Below, in pieces: positions 44,801 through 58,341 of a stretch of 64,000 bases of DNA. The stretch covers positions 2,431,696-2,495,695 of the forward strand of contig OY729426.1 of assembly GCA_963422365.1 (NCBI GenBank), given 5' to 3'. The translations under genes were made by a program, and so were the position numbers. The notes below the pieces were generated by a model that had not been told where the DNA came from, did not search any database, and was given only the letters and a program-made list of their open reading frames with translations. The stretch's first letter is position 1; the number at the start of each line of letters is the position of its first letter. The stretch comes from Nitrospirales bacterium (GTDB lineage: Bacteria; Nitrospirota; Nitrospiria; Nitrospirales; UBA8639).

Positions 44801-47800
44801 CGGTATCCGCGTCCAGCGTCAGCGCATACGCACCGTCGATGGTCGACGTGAACTCAATGTCGCCGGCCGTGCCGTCGGCGTCGGCGTCACTGTCCACCCG
44901 CACGGCCCCGGCTAACGTCACCGGGCCGGTAAAGGTGATGTTGCCGTCGTCACTGCGGTACGCCCCCGCCAGCGTGATGCCCGTGCCCGTCACCGCCACG
45001 GCCCCCGTCGCCGACACCGCGGCCAGCGCCACCGCGCCCGAGGTCGTCACCGTGAGGCTCGCCACCGGGGTGCCACCCACCGCCCCGGCCAGTGTGATCG
45101 CGCCGGTATCCGCGTCCAGGCTCAGCGCATACGCACCGTTGATGGTCGACGTGAACCGGATGTTACCATCCGCACCGCTGTCGTTTTGGTCACTGTTGAC
45201 CGTCACGGCCCCGGCTAACGTCACCGGGCCGGTAAAGGTGATGTTGCCGTCGTCACTGCGGTACGCCCCCGCCAGCGTGATGCCCGTGCCCGTCACCGCA
45301 ATGTCGCCCGTCGCCGTCACCGCGGCCAGCGACACCGCGCCACCCGTCACCGTGAGGCTCGCCACCGGGGTGCCACCCACCGCCCCGGCCAGTGTGATCG
45401 CGCCGGTATCCGCGTCCAGGCTCAGCGCATACGCACCGTTGATGGTCGACGTGAACCGGATGGCCCCGGCTGTGCCGCTGTCGTTTTGGTCACTGTTGAC
45501 CGTCACGGCCCCGGCTAACGTCACCGGGCCGGTAAAGGTGATGTTGCCGTCGTCACTGCGGTACGCCCCCGCCAGCGTGATGCCCGCGCTAGCCGTCACC
45601 GCCACGGCCCCCGTCGCCGACACCTCGGGCAGCACCACCCCCGCCGAGCCCGAGGTCGTCACCGTGAGGCTCGCCACCGGGGTGCCACCCACCGCCCCGG
45701 CCAGTGTGATCGCGCCGGTATCCGCGTCCAGGCTCAGCGCATACGCACCGTTGATGGTCGACGTGAACCGGATGGCCCCGTCCGCACCGCTGTCGTTTTG
45801 GTCACTGTTGACCGTCACGGCCCCGGCTAACGTCACCGGGCCGGTAAAGGTGATGTTGCCGTCGTCACTGCGGTACGCCCCCGCCAGCGTGATGCCCGTG
45901 CCCGTCACCGCAATGTTGCCCGTCGCCGTCACCGCGGCCAGCGACACCGCGCCCGAGGTCGTCACCGTGAGGCTCGCCACCGGGGTGCCACCCACCGCCC
46001 CGGCCAGTGTGATCGCGCCGGTATCCGCGTCCAGGCTCAGCGCATACGCACCGTTGATGGTCGACGTGAACCGGATGGCCCCGTCCGCACCGCTGTCGTT
46101 TTGGTCACTGTTGACCGTCACGGCCCCGGCTAACGTCACCGGGCCGGTAAAGGTGATGTTGCCGTCGTCACTGCGGTACGCCCCCGCCAGCGTGATGCCC
46201 GTGCCCGTCACCGCAATGTTGCCCGTCGCCGTCACCGCGGCCAGCGACACCGCGCCCGAGGTCGTCACCGTGAGGCTCGCCACCGGGGTGCCACCCACCG
46301 CCCCGGCCAGTGTGATCGCGCCGGTATCCGCGTCCAGGCTCAGCGCATACGCACCGTTGATGGTCGACGTGAACCGGATGTTACCATCCGCACCGCTGTC
46401 GTTTTGGTCACTGTTGACCGTCACGGCCCCGGCTAACGTCACCGGGCCGGTAAAGGTGATGTTGCCGTCGTCACTGCGGTACGCCCCCGCCAGCGTGATG
46501 CCCGTGCCCGTCACCGCAATGTCGCCCGTCGCCGTCACCGCGGCCAGCGACACCGCGCCACCCGTCACCGTGAGGCTCGCCACCGGGGTGCCACCCACCG
46601 CCCCGGCCAGTGTGATCGCGCCGGTATCCGCGTCCAGGCTCAGCGCATACGCACCGTTGATGGTCGACGTGAACCGGATGGCCCCGGCTGTGCCGCTGTC
46701 GTTTTGGTCACTGTTGACCGTCACGGCCCCGGCTAACGTCACCGGGCCGGTAAAGGTGATGTTGCCGTCGTCACTGCGGTACGCCCCCGCCAGCGTGATG
46801 CCCGTGCCCGTCACCGCAATGTTGCCCGTCGCCGTCACCGCGGCCAGCGACACCGCGCCCGAGGTCGTCACCGTGAGGCTCGCCACCGGGGTACCACCCA
46901 CCGCCCCGGCCAGTGTGATCGCGCCGGTATCCGCGTCCAGGCTCAGCGCATACGCACCGTTGATGGTCGACGTGAACCGGATGTTACCATCCGCACCGCT
47001 GTCGTTTTGGTCACTGTTGACCGTCACGGCCCCGGCTAACGTCACCGGGCCGGTAAAGGTGATGTTGCCGTCGTCACTGCGGTACGCCCCCGCCAGCGTG
47101 ATGCCCGTGCCCGTCACCGCAATGTCGCCCGTCGCCGTCACCGCGGCCAGCGACACCGCGCCACCCGTCACCGTGAGGCTCGCCACCGGGGTGCCACCCA
47201 CCGCCCCGGCCAGTGTGATCGCGCCGGTATCCGCGTCCAGGCTCAGCGCATACGCACCGTTGATGGTCGACGTGAACCGGATGGCCCCGGCTGTGCCGCT
47301 GTCGTTTTGGTCACTGTTGACCGTCACGGCCCCGGCTAACGTCACCGGGCCGGTAAAGGTGACCGGGCCGGTAAAGGTGATGTTGCCGTCGTCACTGCGG
47401 TACGCCCCCGCCAGCGTGATGCCCGTGCCCGTCACCGCAATGTTGCCCGTCGCCGTCACCGCGGCCAGCGACACCGCGCCACCCGTCACCGTGAGGCTCG
47501 CCACCGGGGTACCACCCACCGCCCCGGCCAGTGTGATCGCGCCGGTATCCGCGTCCAGGCTCAGCGCATACGCACCGTTGATGGTCGACGTGAACCGGAT
47601 GTTACCATCCGCACCGCTGTCGTTTTGGTCACTGTTGACCGTCACGGCCCCGGCTAACGTCACCGGGCCGGTAAAGGTGATGTTGCCGTCGTCACTGCGG
47701 TACGCCCCCGCCAGCGTGATGCCCGTGCCCGTCACCGCAATGTCGCCCGTCGCCGTCACCGCGGCCAGCGACACCGCGCCACCCGTCACCGTGAGGCTCG

Positions 47801-50800
47801 CCACCGGGGTGCCACCCACCGCCCCGGCCAGTGTGATCGCGCCGGTATCCGCGTCCAGGCTCAGCGTCTGCCCGCCGTCAATGGTCGACGTGAACCGGAT
47901 GGCCCCGGCTGTGCCGCTGTCGTTTTGGTCACTGTTGACCGTCACGGCCCCGGCTAACGTCACCGGGCCGGTAAAGGTGATGTTGCCGTCGTCACTGCGG
48001 TACGCCCCCGCCAGCGTGATGCCCGTGCCCGTCACCGCAATGTTGCCCGTCGCCGTCACCGCGGCCAGCGACACCGCGCCACCCGTCACCGTGAGGCTCG
48101 CCACCGGGGTACCACCCACCGCCCCGGCCAGTGTGATCGCGCCGGTATCCGCGTCCAGGCTCAGCGCATACGCACCGTTGATGGTCGACGTGAACCGGAT
48201 GTTACCATCCGCACCGCTGTCGTTTTGGTCACTGTTGACCGTCACGGCCCCGGCTAACGTCACCGGGCCGGTAAAGGTGATGTTGCCGTCGTCACTGCGG
48301 TACGCCCCCGCCAGCGTGATGCCCGTGCCCGTCACCGCAATGTCGCCCGTCGCCGTCACCGCGGCCAGCGACACCGCGCCACCCGTCACCGTGAGGCTCG
48401 CCACCGGGGTGCCACCCACCGCCCCGGCCAGTGTGATCGCGCCGGTATCCGCGTCCAGGCTCAGCGTCTGCCCGCCGTCAATGGTCGACGTGAACCGGAT
48501 GGCCCCGGCTGTGCCGCTGTCGTTTTGGTCACTGTTGACCGTCACGGCCCCGGCTAACGTCACCGGGCCGGTAAAGGTGATGTTGCCGTCGTTCGAGAGC
48601 ACGTTTCCCGCCAGGGTGATGCCCGTGCCCCTCACATCAATGTTGCCCGTCGCCGCCACTGCGACCAGCGACACCGCGCCACCCAACACCGTGAGGCTCG
48701 TCACCGGGGTAGTGTCACCCACCGCCCCGTCCAGCGTGATCGCGCCGGTATCCGCGTCCAGGCTCAGCGCCTGCCCGCCGTCGATGGTCGACGTGAACTC
48801 AATGTCGCCGGCCGTGCCGTCGCCGTCGTCGTCACTACTGACGTACACTTCCCCAGCTAACGTCACCGGGCCGGTGAAGGTGATGTTACCATCGTCACTG
48901 CTGTATGCCCCTGCCAGCGTGATACCCCTAGCCGTCACCGCCACGGCCCCCGTCGCCGACACCGCGGGCAGCACCACCACCGCGCCCGAGGTTGTCACCG
49001 TGAGGCTCGCCACCGGGGTGGTGCCACCCACCTCCCCGCCCAGCGTGATCGCGCCGGTATCCGCGTCCAACTCCAGCGCCTGCCCGCCGTCGATGGTCGA
49101 CGTGAACTCAATGGCCCCGTCCGTGTTGTCGTCGTCGGCGTCACTGTCCACCCGCACGTCCCAGCGTAACGTCACCGGGCCGGTGAAGGTCACGTTGCCG
49201 TCGTTCGAGAGCACGTCCCCTGCCAGCGTGATGCCCGTGCCCGTCACCGCCACGGCCCCCGTCGCCGACACCGCGACCAGCGACACCGCGCCACCCGTCA
49301 CCGTGAGGCTCGTCACCTCTGTCGTCCTGACACCCACCGCCCCGTCCAGCGTGATCGCGCCGGTATCCGCGTCCAGCGTCAGCGCCTGCCCGCCGTCGAT
49401 GGTCGACGTGAACTCAATGGCCCCGTCCGTGTTGTCGTCGTCGGCGTCACTGTCCACCCGCACGTCCCCGGTTAACGTCACCGGGCCGGTGAAGGTGATG
49501 TTGCCGTCGCTCGTTGCAATGTCTGCGGCCAGCGTGATTGTGCCGCTGGAATTCACAACAAGTGATGCACTGCCGCCAATGCTCAGCGATTCGCCTACTG
49601 TGATAGCGGACGCCACAATCGAACTGCCGGCCTGGCCGGTACCGGTCGGGCCTGTGGTCGCTGTGCCGATGATGATGGACCCGGAAGTGACAAACCTCCC
49701 TATTTCCGCATTGCTGAGATTGCCAGCCCCAGCAGAAATTGTCATCAGGACGGATTGGGACGGCGCCACATGTATGTCTCCCGTTCCGGCGTCTATGCTA
49801 CTGGCGAGGTCAATCGCGAACCCGGCGCCAATCAGCGTGACGTCGCCGTTGTTGGAGGTAATGGAACCACTGCTGCCAATCGTCAGTGTTCCGATGCCGT
49901 CGTTATTACCTGACCTCGGCGAGTCCGCTTCAAATATAAAATTGTGTGCGCCGTTGGTGCCGGTAATGGCAGCATTGATTGTCAGATGACGCCCTGCCTG
50001 CAGGCTCAGGGTGCTGCTTGAACTACCGCTCCTGTCGATAGGAGAACTGACTGTCATGTCCCGCTGCGCTTGAAGGGTGACATCTCCATCGATGGCTTCG
50101 AATGCCACAGGCTGAATGTTATAATCGTTGCTATCGGAGCCGAAACTGATCTCGCCGTCGGCGGACACCTCATTGTTATTGGTTCCATCCCCATCGGAAA
50201 TGGTGATATCCCTCGGGTCCAGGAGCAACTCGCCGGCTGAGCCGCCTGGCGCACGCAGATCGACCGCGGCTGCGGCAAATTGCAGATGACGCTTGCCCGA
50301 TACTTCCGCAAAACCGCCATCGCCGGAATGGGTGCCACCGCGAGCGGAAATGCTCCCCAAAAAGCGAGTTACCCGTTCCGACCAAACGATGACTTTGCCC
50401 CCGTTGCCGGTGCCGGTGGCGTCGGCCCGGATTGTCACGTCGCCGCCAACCGTGGCGTATTCGGCGTTGCGCTCCGGTCCCTTGCCCTGGAAATTGCCGC
50501 CAATCAGGGTCGTGCCGCCGCCAGAATGCCCGGACGCATCGATCTTGGCCTGCTCAACGACGCCGACTTTCTCGCCCAGCACTTTCACGCTGCCACCGGT
50601 CTCACCTCGCCCCTTGCCGGAAGCGTCCAGCTTGCCGGCGACCCGGACGATGCCCTCGCCATTGCCCAGCAGTTGAATGTGGCCGTTGCGCATTCCCACT
50701 GAGCGCGCTTCGACGATGCCGTCCATGTTGATGACGCGGTCAACCACGTCCTTCGCCGCACTGGCTGCCAGCCACACGGCTCCGCCGTCGGCATTGATCG

Positions 50801-51563
50801 TGCCGCTGTTGTCAACCAGCGCTGCCAGAGGGGCTCCATCGGGGGCCGTCAGGCGCTCGGCCACGCGGTCATCAACCCTGAGCCGGATCAAGCTGTCGCC
50901 GTGGAGATCAAACGTGAAGGCATTGCCCGAAGCCAGCGCAACACGACCGAGCCGGGCGCGAATCACCCCGCTGTTCTCGACGCCGGGTGCCACCAGCGCT
51001 ACCAAGCCGCCTTCGGCTGCGGTGATCCTGCCGCGGTTGACGACCGTCCCGCCAGGATTATGGTTGATAGCAAAGTTGAAACGACCGGCCATGAAGTCTT
51101 CATTGCGGATATCGATCGTTGTCGCGACCAGGCCGGCGACGTCCACCACGGCGGTTTTGCCGAACAGGATGCCATTCGGGTTGAGCAGCATGACCCGGCC
51201 GTTGGCGGTCAGCTTCCCGAGAAGATTGGAGTACGAATCGCCCCTGACCCGGTTCAGCGTCATCGAAGAAGCGGACGGCTGCCGAAAGTGGGTATGCTCG
51301 TCCACGTCAATCGAGAACGAACGCCAATCGATGACGGCGTTGGCGGAGCGCTGGTTGATATCAAGACGATTGGGCGTGGACTGTACGATGTCAGCCCCGC
51401 CGGCAATCACCTTGCCGTCCTTCGGCATTGCCTGCACCAGCCCGCCGGCCGTCAGCACCCCGCAAGACAGGGCCAACAGCAGTACGAGAAATGTCAATCG
51501 CCGACCAGAGATTCCATGATGGGCCTCGCTGATTCGCTCCGCAACATTAGGGAAAGCCGTCAT
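32888..51563 (-). CDS. Giant TpsA exoprotein (copy 2), about 6222 aa if repaired; split by a 7-nt insertion at 40152-40158
   Basis: ORFs 40125-51563 and 32888-40174 join in frame once gggtagt is removed; first ~670 aa are identical to copy 1 and the C-terminus is nearly identical. Confidence 0.9.
33613..49540 (-). repeat. Array of roughly 50 ~300-303-bp coding repeats in tpsA copy 2
   Basis: Same FTGPVTL/FTSTIDGG unit; includes near-exact higher-order duplications; count estimated from length. Confidence 0.93.
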
Positions 51564-51583
51564 AGACCAATCTCCCTCTTCAG

Positions 51584-53321
51584 CTAAAAGCGCGCCGTGA
51601 AGGTGAAGAATACGCGCCGCGAGTCGACATCAATCGTTCGCGAGTCAGTTTTTTTGATCAGCGGCCAGGCGATCTCAAATGACCCTGACAGGTGATCAGT
51701 GAAATTCAAACGAACGCCACCGCCTGCCGACGCCAGCTGCGTGTTTTCATCCAGCACCAGCGCACCAGGGTCCTTCCGCCACACTCCGCCGATATCGGAG
51801 AAGCCGTATAGCTGATACCCCTCCACCAGAGCCGAGGCGCCGAGATTGTGCCCGTAGCGCAGTTCCCCGAGAAGGCAGCCCCCCTGGTCGCCTGTCACTT
51901 CCGAGGGGTCGTACGCTCGGCCACAGCGCTCGCCCCCAATCCCGAATTCCTCCGACGCCAGCAGCTTGGACAACGCATACTGGGACGTGAAATTGGCAAA
52001 CAGTGACCAGTGGCTGCTGATCCGTTGCAGGCGCGATAGAGTCAACTGGAACTTGGTGAAGTTTGTACGCCCTTTCTGGCGCGACAGTTCCGTCGAGCCG
52101 TTACTCGATGCACCCAAAATGCTCATCCCCTGGTTGAGGTCCAGCCCAAGCCGATTCACGCCGCCGAAACGGTCCACGGAATCATACAGCACGCCTACCC
52201 TGATAAAGCGCAGATGATCTCTTGACAGCCGCGCGCCGAAAATGGTGGTCTCGCTGTTGCGAGCCACAAATTCGGCATACAGCGAGACATTCTTTGCGCG
52301 CGAGCGGATGACAGGGGTGGTGCCCCCCACCCGAAAGGCGTGGGACTTGCTTTCGATGTGCAGCTTCTTCAGCGTATACCCAGGCTCCGACTCCGTGCGG
52401 GTCACTTGAAGGTACAGCTTCTCGCCGTCAGTGCCGATTTGACGCTCATGCCCGACCTCATAATACCTCAACTCATCCGGCTGCTGGGCGACGACGACTC
52501 TTCCCGTTATTCGATCATAATAGCCGGACAGCGAGTTGACCCCCGCCCCCAGCCACGCCTGATAGGGACCGTTGAATTTGCTGCCACGGTTGTCAACGCG
52601 CATAAAGCCATCCGCCAGAGTGTCCTTGATATCAATGATCAGTTCCGAGGCACCCGGCGTCTCCTTGGCCGCGCCTATCACTGCCTGCGACGTGACGCCG
52701 GGCAGATCGTTGAAAAGCAGCAGATAGCGCTCCAGTACATCGATAGTCAGCGGACGTGCACTCTTGATCTTATTGGCGTAGGCATCGAGTAGCAAACGCC
52801 GGCCACCATGTACCTCGCCTTCAATCCGTACCGCATTGATGTACCCTTCCACAACCCGGATCCGAACGACCCCCTCGGTAATCGTCTGCGGCGGCAACAG
52901 CGCCCGTGACAGGACATAGCCGTCGTTTCGGTACTTGGCCGTGATCGCCTCGGCAATATCGAACACGGAAGCGAGCGAAATTTCCTGGCCAAGCTGCTCT
53001 TCGTACAGAGATACTAACTCTGCTTCTGAATAAACAGTCGAGCCTTCCACAACCACCTCTGTCAGATCTACAGTGATCTCTCCCTCTTCCTCTGCCGATC
53101 TCCTGCGCTCGGCCTCGGGGATTAAGAACTCGGGAGTCGACCTTGGCACCGCAGGCATCTGCAAGTACTGCTCGATCTGACCGGGGGCTGTTTTAGGGGG
53201 GGGGGGGGGGGGGGGATTGTGCCTTCACTTTGCCTGCCGGAGATATCACGGCACAAAGCGCAACAGCGAAAAACGTAGACAGCCAGATGTAGAAACGATG
53301 GGAGAGAACTAGAAAACCCAT
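51584..53321 (-). CDS. ShlB/FhaC/HecB-family TpsB transporter (copy 2), out of frame at a C20 tract
   Basis: 526-aa body identical to copy 1; signal peptide MGFLVLSHRFYIWLSTFFAVALCAVISPAGKVKA starts at ATG 53321 and is one base out of frame. Confidence 0.9.
53196..53215 (-). repeat. G20 (C20 on coding strand) homopolymer inside tpsB copy 2
   Basis: Direct count of 20 G in the same flanking context as copy 1. Confidence 0.9.
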
Positions 53322-53364
53322 AAGATCTTGACGGACACGTGTCGTACGACTACTCAATCAGATA

Positions 53365-53404
53365 ATTATAAAAAAATATAAACGAAAAAGGAATGAATAG
53401 TCAA
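53365..53404 (-). promoter_or_regulatory. Putative sigma70 promoter for tpsB copy 2 (TTGACT-N18-TATATT, with a further TATAAT downstream)
   Basis: AT-rich upstream region; hexamers at 53399-53404, 53375-53380 and 53365-53370. Confidence 0.5.
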
Positions 53405-53589
53405 TCGTTTTGTAGACAATGGATGAGTCCCCTTTTTATGCAGGATGCGCTTTCTGGAATGATGCAAGCTGAAGCCACTGATTCATAAGTCAGCCTTCCG
53501 GTCCTGCTACCCGTATTTTCTTCGACAAGGCCCTCCCCCGATCACGGTTTTTTTTGACTCTCCTGATGCCGACGTTTTATAGTCAATGA

Positions 53590-54169
53590 ATGGTTTCTCA
53601 GAATAGCCTACGCCAACTCAACATCCAAACGGCCAAAACGAGGGACTGTTTTGTGCGGCCCCACCTCCTCCTTCTCGTGCTGGGAGGAAGCCTTTGTGGC
53701 CTTTGGTCCGGACAGGCAATGGCCGAGCATCCCTCCACGACTCCCATGCCGTTTGAACGGGTCAAAAAATTAGTGGAACCTGGCAGGGGCACAAGCAAGC
53801 ACTCAATGGGCAGGAAGTCATCACCGTCGACTATTCATTAACGGCAAACGGCACGGCAGTGGTCGAACGAGTCTTCCCCGACACTCCTAAAGAAATGGTG
53901 TCGATTTATACACAAGACGGGCACGAAATGGTCATGACACATTATTGCCTGTTGGGCAACCAGCCACGCATGCGAACCAGCAGCCCGATGAATGAACGTT
54001 CCATGACCCTGTCCTATATGGATGGACGGGCATGCGTTCCTCTCGCGACATCCATATGCACGAGCTCACCGTTACCTTTGTCGACGACCGCCATATGACG
54101 CATGAATGGACGTTATTCGAGAACGGCCAGAAAAAAGTCACCCATATGTTTGCCTTTGCTCGACAATAA
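53590..54169 (+). CDS. Hypothetical exported protein, frameshifted twice
   Basis: Signal-like LLLLVLGG...AMA; fragments in successive frames join (FERVKKLV / TWQG...MTHYCLLGNQPRM / HMHEL...HEWTLFENG). Confidence 0.6.
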
Positions 54170-54447
54170 CTCAAGAACGACCATTACGTCTTTTTCTCGT
54201 CTCATCGCAAGACTCTCTTCCTTCGCCTTTCCCGGAGACCCCGTTGGGCCGAAGGTATCCCCCTTGATTCCCTCCCGATACGCTACGCTGCAGGCATAGG
54301 TCTTTGTCGCGGCACCATCTCATGGTGCCTTCTTCCAGGCCGCATGCGGTGCGGCTCCTGCAACTACAATAGCACGAGGCCCTGGCCGGGCCGTGACCCA
54401 AGATATGGCTTGACCATGAATTTCGCCGGATCGTGAAACGGGCACGT

Positions 54448-54954
54448 TCAAATGTCCAGAATCTCCACAGCCTGCCAGTCCTGCGAGTTCGTTGAATCGG
54501 CTCGAATGAGTTGGAGTTGTGAGACAAGAAAGGTGCGAGGAAGGTCCGTCGGCAAGGATTTGATAATATCTTGCTTCATTCTTGCGGGAAACAGCCCGTA
54601 CAAGAGACTGACGTGCGGGTCAAAGAATCTCGTCGATTTTCTGCCGAAAATCTGCAGGGCCTGTTGATGAGCCTCTAGTATGGGCAGAGATGGCTTGACC
54701 GGAAGAAAGAGGCATCGAAAATATTGCGATTCATAACCCGGCTCCTTGATCTGAGCCTCAAAAGGACAAAGCACATGCGCTAATTGTTTCGTGAGGTCGG
54801 CAAGGGGTTCCTCTTCTCCTTCGAGTTTTCCAAGCAGGGTGAGATGGGGGTCGAACTTGGGGCCACGATACAGCGCACTCAACCCAGAGATAACGCCGGC
54901 AAGTCGGTTGTAAGCCTCGCCTGTCGGGACAAGCCAGAGATGGAACGTACTCAC
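54448..54954 (-). CDS. 2H phosphoesterase (cyclic phosphodiesterase-like)
   Basis: Two HxT/S motifs: PHLTL and PHVSL. Confidence 0.85.
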   Translation of the reverse strand: MSTFHLWLVPTGEAYNRLAGVISGLSALYRGPKFDPHLTLLGKLEGEEEPLADLTKQLAHVLCPFEAQIKEPGYESQYFRCLFLPVKPSLPILEAHQQALQIFGRKSTRFFDPHVSLLYGLFPARMKQDIIKSLPTDLPRTFLVSQLQLIRADSTNSQDWQAVEILDI

Positions 54955-54979
54955 AAACGGGGCTCGATGATCCGCGCGG

Positions 54980-56803
54980 TTACTCCACGGTCACGCTTTT
55001 CGCCAGATTGCGCGGGTGGTCGACATCGATATTTCGGAGTATCGCAATATGATACGCGAATAATTGAAGCGCGACCGTAAAGGGAATCGGTGAGAGCAAG
55101 GCAGGGGCGTTGGGAATCCTGAAGACACAGTCGGCTAAGGCTTCAAGGTCTCGTTCCCCCTCACTCACAAACGCAATGACCGGTGCGTTGCGCGCTTTGA
55201 CTTCCATAAGATTGCTCACGGTTTTTTCGTACAACCGGTCCCGCGGGGCCAGCACCACCACCGGCATGTCTTCGTCGATCAGAGCAATGGGGCCATGCTT
55301 CATTTCTCCCGCCGCATACCCTTCCGCGTGAATGTAGGAAATTTCTTTGAGCTTCAGTGCTCCTTCCAAAGCAATCGGATAATTGATCCCACGTCCAAGA
55401 TAGAAAAAGTTGTTCTTTTGGTAAAACCGTTTCGCCAGTGACACGAATTCGGCTTCTCGTTTGATGACGTGTTCCACGTGCTTGGCCAGGGCCATAAATT
55501 GATCCAGCCACCATTGACCATCTTCTACACTCAAGATTTGGCGAACTCTCCTATGTGCAAGGCTAAGAGATACACGACCATGACCTGACCGATGAAGGCC
55601 TTGGTCGATGCCACACTGATCTCCGGCCACAACGGGTATAAATCACGCCGTCGGATTCCCTGGCCAGCGTGCTGCCGGACGACGTTCACAATCGACAGGA
55701 CGTGCGCGCCAATCGTTTGGCCTCTCTGGCAGCAGCCAGTGTATCCGCGGTTTCTCCTGATTGAGAAAGGGCAATAAAGACGTCCCCTTCCTGAACCATC
55801 GGGTTGCGATACCGGAATTCGGAGCCGATATCGACTTGACCGGGTGGCGAACGAGTTTCCTCGAATAAATATTTCCCGACCAGGCCGGAGTGCCAAGACG
55901 TTCCACACGCGACAATCCACATCGACCGGGCATTCCTCAGTTGATCCGGCGTTATCGCCAAATCCGGCAAATCCGCTTCACCCGAGTCATAACTGAATCG
56001 ACCCCGCAGCGTATCGAGAATGGCCTGTGGTTGCTCATGAATTTCTTTGAGCATAAAGTGAGGGTACCCGCCTTTTTCCACGGCTTCCGCATTCCAGTCG
56101 ATTTGGACCATTTCCCTGTGGGCGGGTTGTCCCTCCGCACCGGTCACCGTCATGCTAAGTGGCGTTAGCGTCCCGATATCCCCGTCTTCTAAAAATATCA
56201 CATTGCGGGTATGGGCGAGTAACGGCGTCACGTCGGAGGCCAGAAAGAAGGCCTTTTACTTTGCCCGAGAACCAAAGGACACCCCGATTTGGTCACGACC
56301 AGGGTATCGGGGTCGCTCACACACATACCGGCAATTGCGTAACTCCCATGTAATTGCCAAATCGTTGTTTGAAACGCCTGTTGGAGGGATTGCCCCTCTT
56401 CCATATGAAATGCCAATAAATGGGCGATCACTTCGGTATCCGTCTCGGATTCGAAATGATACCCGCGTTTTCCAGTCGCTGTTTGTGGGCCAGATAATTT
56501 TCAATAATGCCGTTGTGAACGATGATGACGTTCCCTGAACGATGGGGATGGGCGTTTTGTTCGGAGGTCTGCCATGCGTGGCCCATCGCGTATGCCCGAT
56601 CCCTGCCGTTCCAAAGAGGTGTTCTTGTTTCAGCGCTGCTTCCAAATGAAGTAATTTGCCGACGCTTCGGCGGATCTCAATCCGGCCGTGCTGCAACACG
56701 GCAATCCCTGCCGAATCGTATCTCGATACTCCAGACGCTTCAGGCCCTCCAGGAGCACATTGGCGGCATTGTCATTCCCGATATATCCTATAATTCCACA
56801 CAT
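54980..56803 (-). CDS. glmS: Glutamine-fructose-6-phosphate transaminase, multiple frameshifts (likely assembly errors)
   Basis: MCGIIGY start, [45 protein letters not shown] and [11 protein letters not shown] spread over several frames. Confidence 0.92.
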
Positions 56804-56932
56804 AAGTTGTCAGTCTGAGCCCTTCTCAAAAATGGCATGCGCCCAAGCCCCACAGAACCAGCCAGCAAGGCTAATCATCCGGGGGGGTCTTCCCGGTACG
56901 AGAATGAGGTTTGGACTTTTTGACTGGTGACT

Positions 56933-58341
56933 TTACGTCTTGATAGAGGCTCGTCGTCGGGACGCCCACTCTTCATGGGTGACCTGTTGGCTTCTTGATA
57001 ACGCAAGCGCATTGGCAGGCACATCTTGCGTAATCGTCGATCCTGCCCCCACAACGGCCCCCTTCCCCATTTTGACGGGAGCGATCAGTTGCGTATCACT
57101 CCCAATGAACACCTCATCCTCGATAATCGTCCGTTCTTTTCGGTATCCGTCATAATTGCACGTGATCGTCCCCGCCCGATATTGACCTGTTTCCCCACGG
57201 AGGTATCACCCAAATACGTCAAATGATTCGCTTTGGATCGGGACCCAGTTCCGTATTTTTTAATTCAACGAAATTCCCGACTTTAGCCTTTTTTCTCAGA
57301 ATCGAGCCAGGACGAAGGTGCGCAAACGGCCCGACCGTGGCATGGTCCTCTATGACCGCACCGTCTACCAAAGAATTATCCGCAATGGTGACGGCATTCC
57401 CAAGCACGCTATTCGTCACCCGAGAAGAGGATCGAATCAGGCATTCGGTCCCGATTTCGTTTGACCTTCTAATGTCACCCCAGGGTATAACACGGTATCC
57501 GGACCAATCCTGACCCCATCATCGATAAACGTCGTCCGAGGATCGAGCATGGTCACGCCCTCCTCCAACCATCGCGTCCGAATGCGTTGCCGCATCGCCT
57601 GTTCGACGAGAGCCAGATGCTCTCGGGTATTGACCCCAACACATTCCGAGGGATCAGCGATCTTCATGCCCACAACCCGACACCCCTCGGTCACGGCCAG
57701 GCCCACGATATCGGTCAGATAATACTCTCCTTGAGCATTATGAGCGTGAATCACGGCCAACGTCTTAAATAAAAACTGCGTTTCAACCACATAGGTTCCG
57801 ACGTTCACTTCGTGGATGGCGCACTCAGCTCGAGTGGCATCCTGATCCTCTACCACTTTGAGGACGTGCCCTTTTTTCCCTCTGACGACACGGCCATAGC
57901 CTCGGGGATCAGGCAAATCAGCACTCAAATGGTCAAGGTGGCTTTTTCGTTTGCATGATGGTCCAATAACTGTTCGATGGTCTCTCGCCTCAGCAAAGGC
58001 GTATCCGCATTGACAATGAGGCAATGCTTGCACGCAGCCTTCCCGTTGGGCATCAAGGCTGCTTTGGCTTGTTGCACCGCATGGCCAGTCCCCAACTGAT
58101 CAGGTTGAAGGACTATATCGAAAGGATCGAGTGCTGATTTGGATTGTTCGAGAAAAGCCCGCACCCGTTCAGCTTGATGGCCAATGATCACCACCACGTG
58201 CGCATCCACGACTTGTCTGGCTAACGAGACCATATACCAGACCAGAGGTCTCCCTGCGACGGGGTGCAGAACTTTAGCCTTTTGGGACCGCATGCGTTTT
58301 CCTTGGCCCGCGGCGATGATAATCGCAGAACATTTCTTCAT
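56933..58341 (-). CDS. glmU: Bifunctional UDP-GlcNAc pyrophosphorylase/acetyltransferase, frameshifted
   Basis: [39 protein letters not shown] and [16 protein letters not shown] fragments; stop position approximate. Confidence 0.92.

Noticed and set aside
54171..54527. Small minus-strand ORF between the hypothetical gene and the 2H phosphoesterase
   Set aside because: It has no recognisable motif and lies in an error-rich region, so it cannot be supported.
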